DNA from: Eledone cirrhosa
Lineage: Eukaryota
Assembly: GCA_964016885.1 (NCBI GenBank)
Contig: OZ024753.1
Span: 32,240,001 to 32,304,000, forward strand
Length of the DNA stretch: 64,000 nt
Direction of reading: 5' to 3'
The notes below the pieces were generated by a model, which saw only the letters and a list, made by a program, of their open reading frames with translations, searched no databases and was not told the DNA's origin. Positions within the stretch are counted from its first letter, which is position 1. Every line of letters starts with the position of its first letter. The position numbers and the translations under genes were made by a program. Positions 46,370 through 61,650 of the stretch are shown piece by piece.

Positions 46370-46465
46370 ACCCCCTGAGAAGCTCGGCTATTCATATACC
46401 AGGATAAACATTTTCCTTTAGTCCAGAATTAGCCGTCGAAACGGCTTGAGCTCAGCCGTCGGAGT
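46370..46465 (+). ncRNA. degenerate/variant hammerhead ribozyme
   Basis: ACCCC-CTGAGAA-..CGGCTA..TAGCCG..-GAAA-CGGCT(TGAGCTC)AGCC-GTC^-GGAGT; core one change from CUGANGA; homologous half on - at ~3875-3920. Confidence 0.55.
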
Positions 46466-46563
46466 CCTACTCGTTACTATTACCCACTCTACTACCCTAA
46501 GTCTTGAGTACTTTGGTGCGTTATGGTCCACCTGGTTCCTTACCACATTTTCTTCGTTATATT

Positions 46564-46598
<35 letters not shown>

Positions 46599-46599
46599 T

Positions 46600-46690
<91 letters not shown>

Positions 46691-46707
46691 TTATATATAT
46701 ATTTATA

Positions 46708-46786
<79 letters not shown>

Positions 46787-46853
46787 TTATATATATATAT
46801 ATATTTATATATATTTATATATATATATATATTTATATATATATTTATATATA

Positions 46854-47009
<156 letters not shown>

Positions 47010-47074
47010 TATATATATATATATTTATATATATGTATATTTATATATATATATTTATATATATGTATATATTT

Positions 47075-49836
47075 ATAAATTGAAACAAAATGAAAACGAA
47101 ATTTCATTTCTCACTCTTAGTATGGCACTTACTTAAATGTAAGTATGCATGTGTACGTACATACATATATGTATACAGACGTACAGTAGCATGCACATAT
47201 ATATATATATATACATATATACATACATATGCATACAGGTACACATACATATATGCACGTATCAGTTTAGCGGCGCTAACGTCGCTTTGTTCGTTTGTAA
47301 ACAAACTGAACAGCCTGAATTTATGCCATACGGTGTTAAGGCAACCACGTCACCTTTTTGTTCAACACTGACACAGGAACGATGTACTAGTTTCAAGCTT
47401 GTTAGCTATCATCAGCACCGTTTACCCATCTGCCAGATAGTTGAACGTTCGAAAGTATATACTTTCCTTATGAAAATTAACGGCTGAGCAGCCTAATTTG
47501 CATATTGAGTGAGTTAAATCGGTCAGGCATACCGAAAACGATAAATTGAAACAAAATGAAAACGAAATTTCATTTCTCACTCTTAGTATGGCACTTACTT
47601 AAATGTAAGTATGCATGTGTACGTACATACATATATGTATACAGACGTACAGTAGCATGCACATATATATATATATATACATATATACATACATATGCAT
47701 ACAGGTACACATACATATATGCACGTATCAGTTTAGCGGCGCTAACGTCGCTTTGTTCGTTTGTAAACAAACTGAACAGCCTGAATTTATGCCATACGGT
47801 GTTAAGGCAACCACGTCACCTTTTTGTTCAACACTGACACAGGAACGATGTACTAGTTTCAAGCTTGTTAGCTATCATCAGCACCGTTTACCCATCTGCC
47901 AGATAGTTGAACGTTCGAAAGTATATACTTTCCTTATGAAAATTAACGGCTGAGCAGCCTAATTTGCATATTGAGTGAGTTAAATCGGTCAGGCATACCG
48001 AAAACGATAAATTGAAACAAAATGAAAACAAAATTTCATTTCTCACTCTTAGTATGGCACTTACTTAAATGTAAGTATGCATGTGTACGTACATACATAT
48101 ATGTATACAGACGTACAGTAGCATGCACATATATATATATATATACATATATACATACATATGTATACAGGTACACATACATATATGCACGTATCAGTTT
48201 AGCGGCGCTAACGTCGCTTTGTTCGTTTGTAAACAAACTGAAGAGCCTGAATCATAAATTCAGGCTGTTCAGTTTGTTTACAAACGAACAAAGCGACGTT
48301 AGCGCCGCTAAACTGATACGTGCATATATGTATGTGTACCTGTATACATATGTATGTATATATGTATATATATATATATATGTGCATGCTACTGTACGTC
48401 TGTATACATATATGTATGTACGTACACATGCATACTTACATTTAAGTAAGTGCCATACTAAGAGTGAGAAATGAAATTTCGTTTTCATTTTGTTTCAATT
48501 TATCGTTTTCGGTATGCCTGACCGATTTAACTCACTCAATATGCAAATTAGGCTGCTCAGCCGTTAATTTTCATAAGGAAAGTATATACTTTCGAACGTT
48601 CAACTATCTGGCAGATGGGTAAACGGTGCTGATGATAGCTAACAAGCTTGAAACTAGTACATCGTTCCTGTGTCAGTGTTGAACAAAAAGGTGACGTGGT
48701 TGCCTTAACACCGTATGGCATAAATTCAGGCTGTTCAGTTTGTTTACAAACGAACAAAGCGACGTTAGCGCCGCTAAACTGATACGTGCATATATGTATG
48801 TGTACCTGTATGCATATGTATGTATATATGTATATATATATATATATGTGCATGCTACTGTACGTCTGTATACATATATGTATGTACGTACACATGCATA
48901 CTTACATTTAAGTAAGTGCCATACTAAGAGTGAGAAATGAAATTTCGTTTTCATTTTGTTTCAATTTATCGTTTTCGGTATGCCTGACCGATTTAACTCA
49001 CTCAATATGCAAATTAGGCTGCTCAGCCGTTAATTTTCATAAGGAAAGTATATACTTTCGAACGTTCAACTATCTGGCAGATGGGTAAACGGTGCTGATG
49101 ATAGCTAACAAGCTTGAAACTAGTACATCGTTCCTGTGTCAGTGTTGAACAAAAAGGTGACGTGGTTGCCTTAACACCGTATGACATAAATTCAGGCTGT
49201 TCAGTTTGTTTACAAACGAACAAAGCGACGTTAGCGCCGCTAAACTGATACGTGCATATATGTATGTGTACCTGTATGCATATGTATGTATATATGAATA
49301 TATATATATATATGTGCATGCTACTGTACGTCTGTATACATATATGTATGTACGTACACATGCATACTTACATTTAAGTAAATGCCATACTAAGAGTGAG
49401 AAATGAAATTTCGTTTTCATTTTGTTTCAATTTATCGTTTTCGGTATGCCTGACCGATTTAACTCACTCAATATGCAAATTAGGCTGCTCAGCCGTTAAT
49501 TTTCATAAGGAAAGTATATACTTTCGAACGTTCAACTATCTGGCAGATGGGTAAACGGTGCTGATGATAGCTAACAAGCTTGAAACTAGTACATCGTTCC
49601 TGTGTCAGTGTTGAACAAAAAGGTGACGTGGTTGCCTTAACACCGTATGGCATAAATTCAGGCTGTTCAGTTTGTTTACAAACGAACAAAGCGACGTTAG
49701 CGCCGCTAAACTGATACGTGCATATATGTATGTGTACCTGTATGCATATGTATGTATATATGTATATATATATATATATGTGCATGCTACTGTACGTCTG
49801 TATACATATATGTATGTACGTACACATGCATACTTA
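47075..49836. mobile_element. retrozyme-like tandem array B (466-bp monomer), head-to-head inverted
   Basis: ~2.5 monomers at 47075-48252, then ~3.4 inverted monomers at 48253-49836; HHR per monomer; within (TA)n. Confidence 0.9.
48622..48666 (+). ncRNA. type I hammerhead ribozyme, family B (also + 49088-49132, 49554-49598; - 47378-47422, 47844-47888)
   Basis: AACGGTG-CTGATGA-tAGCT(AACA)AGCTt-GAAA-CTA-GTA^-CATCGTT. Confidence 0.9.
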
Positions 49837-51228
<1,392 letters not shown>

Positions 51229-54200
51229 TTCGTTTCCAGGCGAACACTTGGATTTCACGTTCGTAAACATAGATTGTGCCAAACAGGCTTGGCAGTACCA
51301 AATATGTGTATATATATATACATACAGCTAAACTAATTAGAAATAACAACCAAATTTCTCTCATATTTCGTCCTGCCGTCTCATATAAGGACATGATATA
51401 TTAGATAATATAGACAAACATATCCCTTAAAAAAGTTGGGATTATCACGACTACAATGCATTTGATCTTTGGATTGTTCACTCAAAGATTATAGATGACA
51501 ATGAAGAAGCCTCTATATATTTGTTTAGTCGACCTCCAAGAAATAGAAGCAAAAACACTTCCTTAAATTACGATATACAGTCTCAAACACAGTACAAACA
51601 TATTAAATAATGTAACCCTAAGTTCACTATTACTGTAGTGAAACGAGAGATATAACGATTGGAATAATCTTCGTCATAGACCTACACAATTGTGGCAGAC
51701 GTGGGGCTACACAATCAGAAAGTGAAAGTCTGCCCCAACCCAGGAGGCTTATTAGACCAGTGATTATTCTGGTTTCATCAGTTAAGCAAGTAAGATTACA
51801 AAACTTCCTCAGGACGAGACGCCTATCCTTCGCAGAGTTAATCCCCAGTTGATACTCATATATGAGTGACTGGGAAGGAACAATGAGCAGCATATATGAG
51901 GCTTTATTAATCTAAAGAAGCCTTTCTTTAAAATATTAAAAGAAAATCGTTACTTCATTTGTTCTTTTGCTTCGGTATAAAATTGGGTGACCATTAATGA
52001 AACATATGTTACCCAAGGTAGTAATCATTCCCCCAGTGCAGGAATTGAACTCACGACACCGTAACCAATAGGTCGTGTTACTTCACGAACAACCAGAAAG
52101 AAAATATACATATGCATTTTCAGATGATTGCCCCGAGATCGAGAGAGAAATGAAAGGTGTGGCTTTGTTGTATTATATGTCGGAATATTGCACTGCCTTT
52201 TTAAAGGATCAACACGTAAAGCTGACTTGTGTATTGGGTATTATAATGATGACATCTCACAGCATTGAAAAACTTACTGTGATATAAACAAACAAAACTT
52301 GGCATATAAAACTGGCAGTATCTCAACAGCATTCCTTCGGGCACCTTGATAATTTTGTGTAACGATTCCACTGTACTGTTCCTTTGTGTAAATATTGATC
52401 TCATATCTCAGTATATTGATCCGTGGTGTTAATACATGTAATCCTATTGATTGCATATATTGAATAGTGGAATTTCACTTCCCATTTACATATGTTTTGT
52501 AAAGTAGCAGTTTATCAATGCATGATATTTTCTTAACGTATCACAGTAAAGAAAGTATATTACATGGAAGATATTGCTCATAAACGGGGCATTATTAAGC
52601 TAAAGAAACCGTTATGTAATATATTAAAACCAAATCATCACTGTAGTTGTTCTGCTTATAAAATTGGTTGATTATTAATAAAACATATGTTGTTCAAATT
52701 ACCTGAATTTGATGGCATTCACCGCTGTTTCCACTTCGGTAAAATTTATTCTAAATGATTTTATATATTTAAAAAAAAACATGGTGTGAAATATGAATAA
52801 ACTCACAGCTTTCACAAGTTTCGTAACTAATATCTTACACTAACTCGACGTAATATATTTATATTTCAAGAGTAGCATCTTGAAAGTTATGAAATATCTT
52901 TACACTTCCAACCAATAATATTTTCATATGTAATCTTCTGAGAAGAAGAGAACCATAGATTCGAAAAGCATACAGCAAAGTATTCCAAACGATGTTCTAA
53001 CGACCTTGCCAATTCGCTGCCTGATTTAACATTAACGTTTCGAAAAAATATTATTTTCTGTTAATATTTCAGTGATTGGATTGTTGCCATGTTGCGGCAC
53101 TTCTGTCAAGGGGTTTACATCGTTTTCAATACTGTGTTACAGTAAACTTCTTCTTAACACCGACACCAGGCTACTGCGTATCATTAGACAAATCTAATTT
53201 GTTGAACATATTCAAACTAGTTTACCGGTCTGAGTGTAACCCATGATCTTTTATTTATTTCTCATTTTCCACCACTAATCTGTAAACCAATGCAATAAAA
53301 TAATGGACACTGTTCTTTCCGCCATCATTAAGATACACACTGTATTTGTGTAATGAATGTGTGTGAGTGCGTGTGTTTATATAAATATGTTGTTCTATTT
53401 GTTCAAGCAATACGTTGGCCATTATCAGTAAACAGAGCCATATATTTCTTTGGCTTGATTAATCAAATAAATTTCTATTTCTACTGCAAAGAACTACAAC
53501 CATTCAAATCCATAGTCCCTTATCTCATCATGTCTTTAAATGAAGAAACAACACATCAAAAACAGAAGCTAGAGAGATAATGATAGAATGAATGGTACAA
53601 TAGTGATTCTGTAAAGAATCGATGTTTAGTTTGCTAGTGCATACTTTCTTCCTCGCTGAAATCCACTCGAACGATTACAATTTCAAGTAACAATGATAAT
53701 AGCAAGAACGGCCTTGTTAGAATTTATTACTTGCAATCTAGTTCTCTTTTATGTGAAATCAATCGAAGGTGTATATCTTAACTAACTTCACTTCTAAGAC
53801 TTCTGTTAATGTGTATTATACTTGCATTATATTACAAACTAGAAGTGGCAATCAGATGAAAACAGTTAGCCCATAAAGGTCATCTCCTTCCTCCCCTCCC
53901 AACCATAAAGACATTGTCGTCACCTAATAATTTTGTTTTTAACGATAGAAATATAGTGATCGGAGGAAATTAAATTGTCTGATTTTATGTAAAGTTTTGT
54001 CTGATAGGAGAACATTTAAAAGGTCAAATAATGTTTATGTAAATGTCGGTTCTGCTAGAGAACTGCCAAAAATCTCTATTCCTGACTGATAAGTGAAACA
54101 ATTTGAGTTTAGGCTTCAATAAAGTCATACTAAATTTAAGATTTTAGTTTCACATATGTGTCTATGGCGAGGTCTACAAACGTCAAAAGACGGTGATTTT

Positions 54201-54840
54201 AGTATTTGAGATTCCCCAAAGTATATTTAGCATCACAATCAGTTTTGCAGATACCATACGAATAGATATTGGCAATGGAAATTATCTACGTCTAAAGGAC
54301 TATAAAAATCTAAACATATCAAGTTATAAAAGCAATAAGAAAATGGAGAGAGAGAATGAGAGAGAAAGAGAGAGAGAGAGGGGGGGGGGGGAGAGAGAGA
54401 GAGAGAGAAGGAAGGAGAGAGAAGGAGGGAGAGATACAAAGTACAGCTGCAATCGGTGTCAAAATAGGTTTAGAATCTTCCAGTTTCGAAGTTCTATAAT
54501 CATTTTATTCTGTCGATAATGCCTAATGCTTCCCAACACAACATCTCAGGACTTGATCATACAACTCACGTTCTTATTCGAAATTTGTAATCTTTCAAAC
54601 TTTGGTTTCGATTTTTCATTTCAAACGTTTTGTATGACAATTTTGTGAGTTGACTGAGTATCTGCAGCATTGCAGAGTAATTAAGAAGTAGCACCTCAAT
54701 CATAGGTTCTCAGATTTAATGCTACTAAGTAGCATCATGGGCAAGTGTCATTTACCATAACTTCAAGTCGATCCAAGCCTGGTGAATGATATTTAGTTGA
54801 TGGAAACTGCTTAAACGCCTGCTGCATTGACTATGCCAAT

Positions 54841-55345
54841 AATTGTGTCTAATTGAGGCACAAGGCCAGCAATTACCCAGTGCAGTACTGGTACTTTATT
54901 TTATCGACCCCGTAAGGATGAAAGGCAAAGTCAACCACGGCGGGATTTGAACTCAGATCGTAAAGGGACGTAACTATGCTGGAAAGTATGGGGTCCGACC
55001 CTCTACTGATACTGCCAATCTACCTACTATGCCAATAATGGTGTCTAATTGAGGCACACATTCAACGATTTGTAGGAATAGAGAACCCGATTACACGGAA
55101 TCCAGTACGTGGCTGATACTTTATTTTATCGACCTCGGAGGGATTTGAACACAGAAAGTAAAGAGTCGAACAAATACTGCTAAGCATTTTGTCCGACGAC
55201 CTAACGATTCTGCCAACCCACCGCCCTAACTATATATTTATGCTATAATTGTTTCTACTTTTGACACAAGGTCAGCAATGTGAAGGGAAGGGGAAAGTCG
55301 ATTAATACTTTATATTATCGATCCGGTAAGGGTGAAAGGCCCCGA
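54841..55345 (-). mobile_element. nested cluster of three tRNA-derived SINEs
   Basis: Young copy ~54862-55025, older copy ~55040-55228, partial copy ~55246-55345. Confidence 0.8.
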
Positions 55346-55752
55346 GGCTTTAATCCTCAACACACAGAAGCCACAAGTAAATAGATCAGAGCTGCATGGA
55401 GCAGAGTGGCTTCCATGCATGCGATATAAGACACCTGGACCAGTGTTCGTTCTGTTTCGCAACGTATCTTTGTTTTTGCCTTTGAAAATATTATGTTGAA
55501 ATGTACTGGATAAGAAAAATGTTATTTTTGTATTATTTTTCATCCTTTGCCCTTTATATATTCCCACCGCATAGTACCGGCTTTCTGAAATACATATCAA
55601 TCATTTATGTTAATCTATATTTAGTATGCACAACGCACTATTCTACATATTGTTTCCTTTATTGGTTATAGTCATTGGATTTAGTCATATTGGAGTGTCG
55701 CCTTGAAGCAACTTAGTTGACCATATCTATCCGTATAACTTATTAAAGACAC

Positions 55753-55827
<75 letters not shown>

Positions 55828-57868
55828 CGGCCGTCCGCACACCTTTCTTCTAGCAAATTTCACTCACAAGGAATTGGTCAAACCCAGGCTATAGTAAAAG
55901 ACACTTTTCAAGAAATGTAATTTTCAAATATCTACTTTATTGCATAGCAGTATTTTTACATTTTAATAAAAAACACTAAAAATATTTCCTCTTAATCTCG
56001 TCTTCAAAAAATGCCTACAGAATACTTTTAATATATATGTTTTAAAGTAATAATAAAATATAATTCACGAAGAATAGTTTGAAATTTGGAACGAATGAGA
56101 GAAGAAAATAAGAAGAATTTGCAGATATTAGCAGTAACAGGTGATATCAGTAAAGCCGAAGGAAATAATTATATTATAATAGCCATTTCATTGGAATGGC
56201 TATTTCTACACATTGTACTCAGAAGATTAGAGAATATTTATTACACACACACACACATATATATATATGTACGTATATGTACGTGGGTGTGTGGATGTAT
56301 ATTCGTGTTCCATATGTCCTGGACTAGGTGTAATCGTATGAGTGGTGGAAAATGCAATGACATGCGGTATTTAATTGCTTTCCGAAGAGAAATATCACCA
56401 CGATCTTATACTTAACATTCTAAGACACTTTGTATCACTTATTATATCGATTTGTGTACTTCACTGCTACTTTATTTGATCGATATCAGAAGGAAAATAG
56501 ATACATTTGGCCTTGGAGGTGTTTGAACCTAGAACATACAGGCCACAACTAAATCATTTAACCATTTAAGCAGACCTATCCACTGCCATTTACGTCGATT
56601 TTAGAGCTTGTACGTTGGCAAAGTCGATAGAACACCAGATAGAATGCTTTTGAATATTCGTTCCGGCTGTCTGAGTTGAGTTCAGGTTGGACCGGGGTCA
56701 ACCTTCCATTTCATCGTTTCAACATCGATACAAAATATCTTAGTGCAGTACTACAGTTGATTCTTCTTCTCTATCTCTTTCTCACCCCACTCAATCTCGT
56801 CCTTTCTATGAAGAAAATCGGCTGTTAAGACCTGGAGAATGCATAGGCTCCGCCAGGTTTAAAATGCTCAGGACGCGTGGTTTGCCAGTATGACGCTCAT
56901 ACGAATCCATCAAGAGTTACTTATATAAATAGTTTCTGTTAATACAATCGAAACAAAGTGAAATCATGTACCTAATTGATAGGGTGTTGGGTTCGATCGT
57001 AGGTTTGATTCCAAGACTGGCTGAATTGTTGTGGCTTTGAGGAATATAATTCATTTCTCAATGCTCCAGTTCCTTTAGTTGAAACAAATGAGCAACAACG
57101 ACAACTGAGCGTTAAACTGCGACGTTCTAGGGAACCCTCTCCTTAAGACAACTCCTTTGTTTGCTTTTTTTAACTGCACTGAATGTTTCCCTCTACCCAA
57201 TTATTTTATGTTTACTATTGAACCCACTCTCTCTACCAGTATACAGAGACTACAATAAAGCATAAACACAGCTCCATTTATTAAACATTGTTTTGAGAAG
57301 ATTTGTTTGCAAAGCTTCGAAGTAAACACTCAATTTTAATAATAAATATGTTTACTCTCCAAATATATTAACTCGTTTAAATGTATGGACGGACTCGAAA
57401 TAATTTCTGATGGAGTCGTAGTGGTGCCATACTGATAGACAGTGTGTCTGTGGGTATTTAAAATTTGGCCAAGTCCAAATCCTTTCCAGCCTAGAACAAA
57501 GTTGAAGTTTTCGAGCGAGAGAGAGAGAAAGAGAGAGAGGGGGGGGGGAGCATCGATTCCAGTATATAAAGTAAGAAATCAATGTTGACCTCGACAGAGA
57601 TTGAACTCAGAGTCAACTATTCTACCAATTTGCCATCTACAGCTTAAATTTACATGAATAAATTCACATTTATACTCGGTTTACAGATTTGAATAAAATA
57701 TTGTTCTTTAAACTTTCGGAAATATTTATTTTCTGTTTCTGTCGCTACCTTAACAAAATGTAAGTATTTTCAATTTTCCTTTTCTGTACGTTTCAAAATG
57801 TTCTATGAACGTTGTGATCTTTATAGACGAGTGGCGAATTTGTTGTTTATGAATCATTACTCTGTCAT

Positions 57869-58050
57869 GGTAGATTGGCAGTATCGGTAGAGCGTCGGAC
57901 GCCATGCTTTCCAGCATAGTTACGTCCCTTTACGATCTGAGTTCAAATCCCGCCGAGGTTGACTTTGCCTTTCATCCTTACGGGGTCGATAAAATAAAGT
58001 ACCAGTAATGCACTGGCTAATTTGCTAGCCTTGTGCCTAAAGTAGAAACA
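57869..58050 (+). mobile_element. tRNA-derived SINE with TSD
   Basis: TSD ATTACTCTGTCAT at 57856-57868 and 58051-58063. Confidence 0.9.
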
Positions 58051-58651
58051 ATTACTCTGTCATATAAGTAGCAAAATAAATAATGATTTTTTTTATTTAC
58101 AACGTCACATGAAATTTCATATGTAAGAATAGTGCCTGAAGAGGCGAATGACAGTTTAAAGTGTATTTGAACATTAATCGTTACGAAATAAAATGATCAA
58201 AAAGTGTCATTCTAATCATTTTGAACTCTTCCTCTCCCCATGTCTCTACCTACCTACCTACTTACACACATATATATATATATTAATGCAATGAAATATC
58301 TATGATCGTCGGCAAATCACTGATGAGGGACTTATTTTATTACATGTTATTCATGTGCAACCAGCAGTATTCTTCTCCCCATTTTTTCACATTATATATA
58401 TATAATGTGTGGACTGGCTACTATTTCTATTATCTCAAAATATTAGTACTTTCAAAATAATTGCATGCTAGTGTATTAGATTCCGGCTTGCTTGGTTGTA
58501 ACCTTCGAGACAAAGATATTTCAAGTAGATTTTGGAACACTTTCAAATATTGTCCACAGAAAGTTTGGCACTGACCGTATTGATCAGCATCCCGCGCACA
58601 TAAACAGACACACATATACAGTTCTACATTGCCCATATACAAACACGCACA

Positions 58652-58682
<31 letters not shown>

Positions 58683-58704
58683 CTCACACACACACACATT
58701 ATAT

Positions 58705-59036
58705 ATTTAGTTCAACTCAATATTGTGTTTGCCCATACGCATGTATATATATATATATATATAATTGTTTTTATTTTTGGCACAAGGCCAGCAATTACCC
58801 AGTACATTATTGGTACTTTATTTTATCGACCCCCGTAAGGATGAAAGGCAAAGTTAACCGCGGAGTTCAAATCCCGCCGAGGTTAACTTTGCCTTTCATC
58901 CTTACGGGGATCGATAAAATAAAGTACCACTAACACACTGGGGTAATTCCTGGCCTTGTGCCAAAAGTAGAAACAATTATATATATATATATATATACAT
59001 GCGTATGGGGAAAGACAATATTGTATTGAACTAAAT
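58705..59036. repeat. foldback of SINE 3' half plus flank
   Basis: Two head-to-head SINE 3' halves; the inverted symmetry extends ~55 bp beyond the SINE tails. Confidence 0.85.
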
Positions 59037-59203
59037 TTTCACAGGTGCCATGTCTCCCACATTTAACATGTTTCTATCAAGAATACTAAAACTACATATA
59101 CAATTAGGTCGATGAATGATGTGAAACTCCCTCCCTTTCGATCAGATGTCCAAGGAAACATATTAAAGAAAGAGGAGATGTAGGGAACTATTTGGAAATA
59201 ATT

Positions 59204-59391
59204 AATTGTTTCTACTTTAGGCACAAGGCCAGCAATTACCCAGTGCATTAATGGTACTTTATTTCATCGACCCCGTAAGGATGAAAGGCAAAGTCAACCT
59301 CGGCGGGATTTGAACTCAGATCGTAAAGGGACGTAACTATGCTGGAAAGCATGGCGTCCGACCCTCTACCGATACTGCCAATCCACCGCCC
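59204..59391 (-). mobile_element. full-length tRNA-derived SINE with TSD
   Basis: TSD TTGGAAATAATTAAT at 59192-59206 and 59392-59406. Confidence 0.9.
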
Positions 59392-59536
59392 TTGGAAATA
59401 ATTAATGACAGCATACATACATTTATATAACTAATATAGCGAACAGGTTTGAAGAAGGATGGGCTCAGATTTACGGGCCTATACATACATACATAGCCAA
59501 CTACTATAATCAGTAATAACAACTATAGTCACATAT

Positions 59537-59672
59537 AATTGTTTCTACTTTTGGCACAAGGCCAGCAACTACCCAGTGCATTACTGGTACTTTATTATAT
59601 CGACCCCGTAATGATGAAAGGCAAAGTTAACCTCGACGGGATTTGAACTCAGACCGTAAAGGGACGTAACTA
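59537..59672 (-). mobile_element. 5'-truncated SINE
   Basis: Same family sequence. Confidence 0.85.
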
Positions 59673-60247
59673 ATAACTACTACAGTCACTTATAGCCAAA
59701 GAAATAAAACGGTCCCAATAACTAGTGTCACCAATAGCAACTATTATAGCCACAAATGACAACACTAGTTAATAATATGTTCTTCCATAGTTGATAGTCT
59801 CTACAGGTCACAAAATCTGGCAGAAAGAGCAACGTGGAACAAAATATGTTTGCTCAAGAAAATAACGCATTGCCCGGTCTGAAAATCGAACTTGCAACCT
59901 CACGATTGCGGATCTAATTCCCTAAACAATGGGTCACGCCCTTTCACTAATATATCACAATCACATTATCTAGTATTGTTAGATGTAGAACTAATGTATT
60001 ATTTAAATTTAAATATTTTGGGAACGAAATTATTCGTGGAGAACAGTAAAATACCAGAAATCCAGATGCAGATGAGATAATTTCCATTGTATGTCTGGAA
60101 TGTTTCTCGGACATAATGGTGTGTTAGCATTCCAAAACAGGCGTCCACAAGTGCTATTATAGGACAGATACATTTCCACTCTCCCACACACATACAGTAC
60201 ATTCTCATATACATAAACATACGCGTATACTGACACATACAGGCACT

Positions 60248-60284
<37 letters not shown>

Positions 60285-60288
<4 letters not shown>

Positions 60289-60465
60289 GTTTCTACTTTT
60301 GGCACAAGGCCAGCGATTACCCAGTGCATTACTGGTACTTTATTTTATCGACCCCGTAAGGATGAAAGGCAAAGTTAACCTCGGCGGGATTTGAACTCAG
60401 TTCATAAAGGGACGTAACTCTGCTGGAAAGCATGGTGTCCGACCCTCTACCGATTCTGCCAATCC
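60285..60465 (-). mobile_element. tRNA-derived SINE
   Basis: Same family sequence. Confidence 0.88.
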
Positions 60466-60573
60466 ATATAATAGTATATAATATTACTCCATTACTCTGT
60501 TACGTGTTTCAGTCGACAGGCTGAGGTCATGTACGTATGTACGTATGTATGTATGTATGTATGTATGTATGTA

Positions 60574-61215
60574 TGTTTTTAGTCCTGCAGGATGTCCAAA
60601 GTTACCCTCCTCACCAGTTGGTGCTACTGGTAACATGTATCCCAGTACAACCTGTCTCATGGTCGGGTCGTTGGCAACTAAACTGGCAACCCCACCAAGG
60701 TTTCTTGGTGAGGAGGGTGACTTTGGACATCCTGCAGGACTAAAAACAAAACTTGTCAAAGGGCAAAGGAGCTCTTAAGAGTCAATGGCCATCCAAAATC
60801 ACCGGAAGAGATGACCCCTTAGCCTTTGTCAAGGCAGAATTCTAGGATAAGGAGAACTCTGACATAAGATCTGCAACCCTGATGGTATCCAATGATGTTG
60901 ACTTGTTCTTCTTTTTGGTAAATATCATCTTGGTTAAGAGAGTGGGACTGGCTTTGTGCAGTGCCTTTGCTCACTATAAAAGTTTCACGGCACAGGCATT
61001 GCTTTATATCTGGAGATCTCTCTACACTTGTCATCACATGGAACCATGGGCCCAGCACTATGTGTCAATAATTGTCACAAGTATAGTGTTTGTACCAGAG
61101 TTTTCAAGTCGCTGGCTGGACTTGAAGTCACACTTGTTTAGCGCATCGGTAGGGGTTCAGCTACATGGATGTAAAGTAGTGGCCGTACTCGAAAACGAGT
61201 AGGCAGCCACCATGT
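60574..61215. mobile_element. unclassified higher-GC insertion in (TATG)n with a 43-bp inverted repeat
   Basis: (TATG)n on both sides; IR at 60574-60616 / 60706-60748. Confidence 0.55.
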
Positions 61216-61216
61216 G

Positions 61217-61248
<32 letters not shown>

Positions 61249-61258
61249 TGTATGTATG

Positions 61259-61289
<31 letters not shown>

Positions 61290-61461
61290 TATATATATAT
61301 ATATATACAAACACACGTAAAAAGATGATTTCTAATCTGAATTACACGGAGAACTGAACAGTCACAATTTTCGGAAAATCAGAATCATTTTAAGCAGAAA
61401 AAAATTACGATGAAATTAACATATATTTATTAATATTTCCAGTTTACTATATATCACACAC

Positions 61462-61496
<35 letters not shown>

Positions 61497-61618
61497 TATG
61501 TATATATATATGTATGCATGTGTGTGTATATACATATGATATATATACTTGCACACATATATATATATATTTATGCAAGTATGTATGTATGTGAGCATAA
61601 TATAATATATCGAATACA

Positions 61619-61650
<32 letters not shown>

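Noticed and set aside
58130-58385. CTGAAGA and CTGATGA hits
   Set aside because: No matching stem I, or no GAAA, in the right place
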